Shown here: positions 61,751-64,000 of the stretch, one piece after another | How the letters are laid out: each line of letters opens with the position of its first letter | Numbering within the stretch: the stretch's first letter is position 1 | Source: Cyanophyceae cyanobacterium | Lineage (GTDB): Bacteria > Cyanobacteriota > Cyanobacteriia > Cyanobacteriales > Laspinemataceae | DNA: 64,000 nucleotides | Direction of reading: 5' to 3' | Assembly: GCA_038321985.1 (NCBI GenBank) | Contig: JBBQFN010000014.1 | Span: 71,287-135,286, forward strand | The notes under the pieces: generated by a model | Databases searched by the model: none | What the model was told of the DNA's origin: nothing | The model's input: the letters and a program-made list of their open reading frames with translations, nothing else | Position numbers and translations under genes: made by a program

Positions 61751-62914
61751 CTACAGCAATCCGATGAAATGTAACGGTCCATGACCGCTAATTAACTCAA
61801 ACAACAGTCCCATAAACCCCAACATTGCCAGTCGTCCGTTCCAGACTTCCGCAGCGGTCGTCATTCCCCATTCCCAACGTTCTTGGGGATACATTTTGAA
61901 GTTTTTCTGAGGACGCATCACCTGATCCAGGGTCAGCGGAGGTGCATCGATCGCCTCCAGGACTAAATTAGCTAAATCCTCAATAAACACCGGATGGGTA
62001 TTTAATGCCGGAACTCGCTGGAAATTTTCAATTCCCGCTTGTTCAGCCACTTCTCGATACTCCATATCGATTTCTTGGAGAGTTTCGATATGTTCCGAGA
62101 CAAAGCTGATCGGGACTACGAGTAAATCGTTGACCCCTTCTGCGGCTAACTCGATAATTGCATCTTCCGTATAGGGTTGAAGCCACTCTACCGGACCCAC
62201 TCGACTTTGATAAGCCAGGGTGTAAGGATTCGGGCGATTCAGGGCTTGCACAATCAATTTCGTGCATTCCTCAATTTCCTGCTGGTAGGGGTCTCCCGCT
62301 TCTTCTACATAGCTGACCGGGACCCCATGGGCGCTAAAGAAAAGATGTACTTGGTCTGGATTTTCAAACCCATCCAGTTCTCGCGCGATTAGCTGTGACA
62401 TCGCCTGAAGATAGCCGGGGCGCTGATACCACGAGGGAATGACCGTGTGTTCCTTCGGGGCCACCGAGGGGTCTTCCGACCAAATTTTTTCGAGTAACCG
62501 GAAACTGGACCCGCTAGTGCTAATCGAAAATTGCGGATATAACGGGAGGATGACCAAGTGTTCGACGCCATCGCGCTTGATGCGGGCGATCGCCTCTTCG
62601 GTGAACGGATGCCAGTAGCGCATCCCGATGTAAACCTGAACATCCTGTCCCTTGTCCTTTAAACTCTCTTGCAAGGCGATCGCTTGTTCTTCCGTAATCC
62701 CACGCAACGGTGAACCCCCACCAATTTCCATATAATTGGCTTGGGATTTTTTACTTCGCAGGCTCGAAATCAGCCATGCTAGGGGTTTTTGCATCCACGG
62801 AAATGGCAACCGAATGATTTCTGGGTCAGAAAACAGGTTGTACAAAAAGGGTCGAACATCTTCAATTTGCTCCGGCCCACCTAGATTCAATAACAGTACC
62901 CCTACACGGCCCAT
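61751..62914 (-). CDS. hemH: Ferrochelatase with C-terminal CAB domain
   Basis: LLNLGGP, MRYWHP, PLYPQFS, FSAHGVP, SEHIETL; CAB motif [11 protein letters not shown]. Confidence 0.96.
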   Translation of the reverse strand: MGRVGVLLLNLGGPEQIEDVRPFLYNLFSDPEIIRLPFPWMQKPLAWLISSLRSKKSQANYMEIGGGSPLRGITEEQAIALQESLKDKGQDVQVYIGMRYWHPFTEEAIARIKRDGVEHLVILPLYPQFSISTSGSSFRLLEKIWSEDPSVAPKEHTVIPSWYQRPGYLQAMSQLIARELDGFENPDQVHLFFSAHGVPVSYVEEAGDPYQQEIEECTKLIVQALNRPNPYTLAYQSRVGPVEWLQPYTEDAIIELAAEGVNDLLVVPISFVSEHIETLQEIDMEYREVAEQAGIENFQRVPALNTHPVFIEDLANLVLEAIDAPPLTLDQVMRPQKNFKMYPQERWEWGMTTAAEVWNGRLAMLGFMGLLFELISGHGPLHFIGLL

Positions 62915-63026
62915 AGCAGTCACAGTTTCCTTAGAGTTTTCATTATTGTTTACTTATTTTAACAATAATACCGTTGATTAAGTCACAGTTTAAGTTAAAT
63001 CTGAATTTTTATTCAAGGGGGTATCC

Positions 63027-63659
63027 GTGGCAACAATTTTAAGAGACTGGAGTTATCGTTATCAGTGGCTTTACGATGGCATCTCCCGAGTCGCCGCCCT
63101 TAGCGTCGGGGGGGAATCTCGATTTCATCAGTTACCCCTCCAAGGTCTCACCCTCAACCCCCAGACCCAAATTCTCGACCTCTGTTGTGGTAGCGGTCAA
63201 GCTACGACCTATCTAGTCCAATCTTCCCACAACGTCACCGGGTTGGATGCATCCCCCCTCTCCCTGAGTCGGGCGCGGAAAAATGTCCCCCAGGCATCCT
63301 ACATCGAAGCCTTCGCCGAACAGATGCCTCTTGCGGATCACGAATTTGACCTCGTGCATACCAGCGTCGCCATGCACGAAATGGATCCAGAGCAATTACG
63401 ACAAATTCTCCAGGAAGTCTATCGCGTCCTCAAACCCGGAGGGACTTTCGCCCTAATTGATTTTCATCCTCCCACCAATCCCCTATTCTGGCCCGGATTA
63501 GCCCTATTTTTTTGGCTATTTGAAACCGAAACCGCTTGGCAACTCCTCAAAACTAATTTATCGGAACTCTTGCAAGAAATTGGCTTTACAGTTGATTCCC
63601 TCCGACTTTATGCCGGGGGGAGTTTACAAGTGATTCACGCTCAAAAATCCGTAAGATAG
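63027..63659 (+). CDS. Class I SAM-dependent methyltransferase
   Basis: LDLCCGSG, GLDAS, RVLKPGG. Confidence 0.88.
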   Translation: MATILRDWSYRYQWLYDGISRVAALSVGGESRFHQLPLQGLTLNPQTQILDLCCGSGQATTYLVQSSHNVTGLDASPLSLSRARKNVPQASYIEAFAEQMPLADHEFDLVHTSVAMHEMDPEQLRQILQEVYRVLKPGGTFALIDFHPPTNPLFWPGLALFFWLFETETAWQLLKTNLSELLQEIGFTVDSLRLYAGGSLQVIHAQKSVR

Positions 63660-64000
63660 GGGTAAACTAGACTCATATTTCCTCGTGGTGAAACCTTCAC
63701 AGCGAGTCACGCTCCCCTGTCCAGCTTTGCCTCCACCATCCAACGAGAGCAAATTTTTAATCCCTCTCCCTTCGTTTGATTATTCTTCAGGCATAAGCTA
63801 TTGAACCACTTAAACTGGATATTTAAGAGCGAGCAAGATGCTCACACTCCAATAGTTTCCTGGCTCTTCAGACTTTTTGGTGATAAGTTTTTCTAATTAG
63901 TTACTGAGCGTTTAAATGTTTTTGAGTGGCTACCTCTCTAATTTATAATGACTATGATGAAAAAGCTGCTAAAAGACGTAACCGAAAGTTGTCAAAATTT

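Overview
Chromosomal DNA from a filamentous cyanobacterium, probably Oscillatoriales. This rests on very frequent HIP1 octamers (GCGATCGC), apcD, a CAB-domain ferrochelatase and cyAbrB. About 42 protein-coding genes are supported. Most are housekeeping genes (recJ, rlmD, lpxD, mlaD/mlaF, tsaE, lepB, sucCD, rimM, gdhA, hemH). The rest are signalling genes, two secreted DUF1565-COP23 paralogues and two stress-type gene clusters (about 34-39 kb and 47-50 kb). I found no rRNA, tRNA, CRISPR array or transposase; short REP-like and tandem repeats are present. The most interesting observations are: (1) a diguanylate cyclase whose GAF domain has motifs I recall from the far-red cyanobacteriochrome lineage, lying downstream of a pseudo-histidine kinase; (2) a recurring degenerate palindrome, approximately TCTWYC-N4-GRWRGA, upstream of the stress clusters and of a PAS-Crp regulator, which suggests a regulon; (3) a trypsin/beta-helix/COP23 fusion that shares a C-terminal motif with its neighbouring paralogue; (4) an MlaD lengthened by 21-residue repeats; (5) an (AAT)17 microsatellite in the leader of a regulator that may start at a non-AUG codon. 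All family assignments come from recognising motifs by eye, not from database searches.
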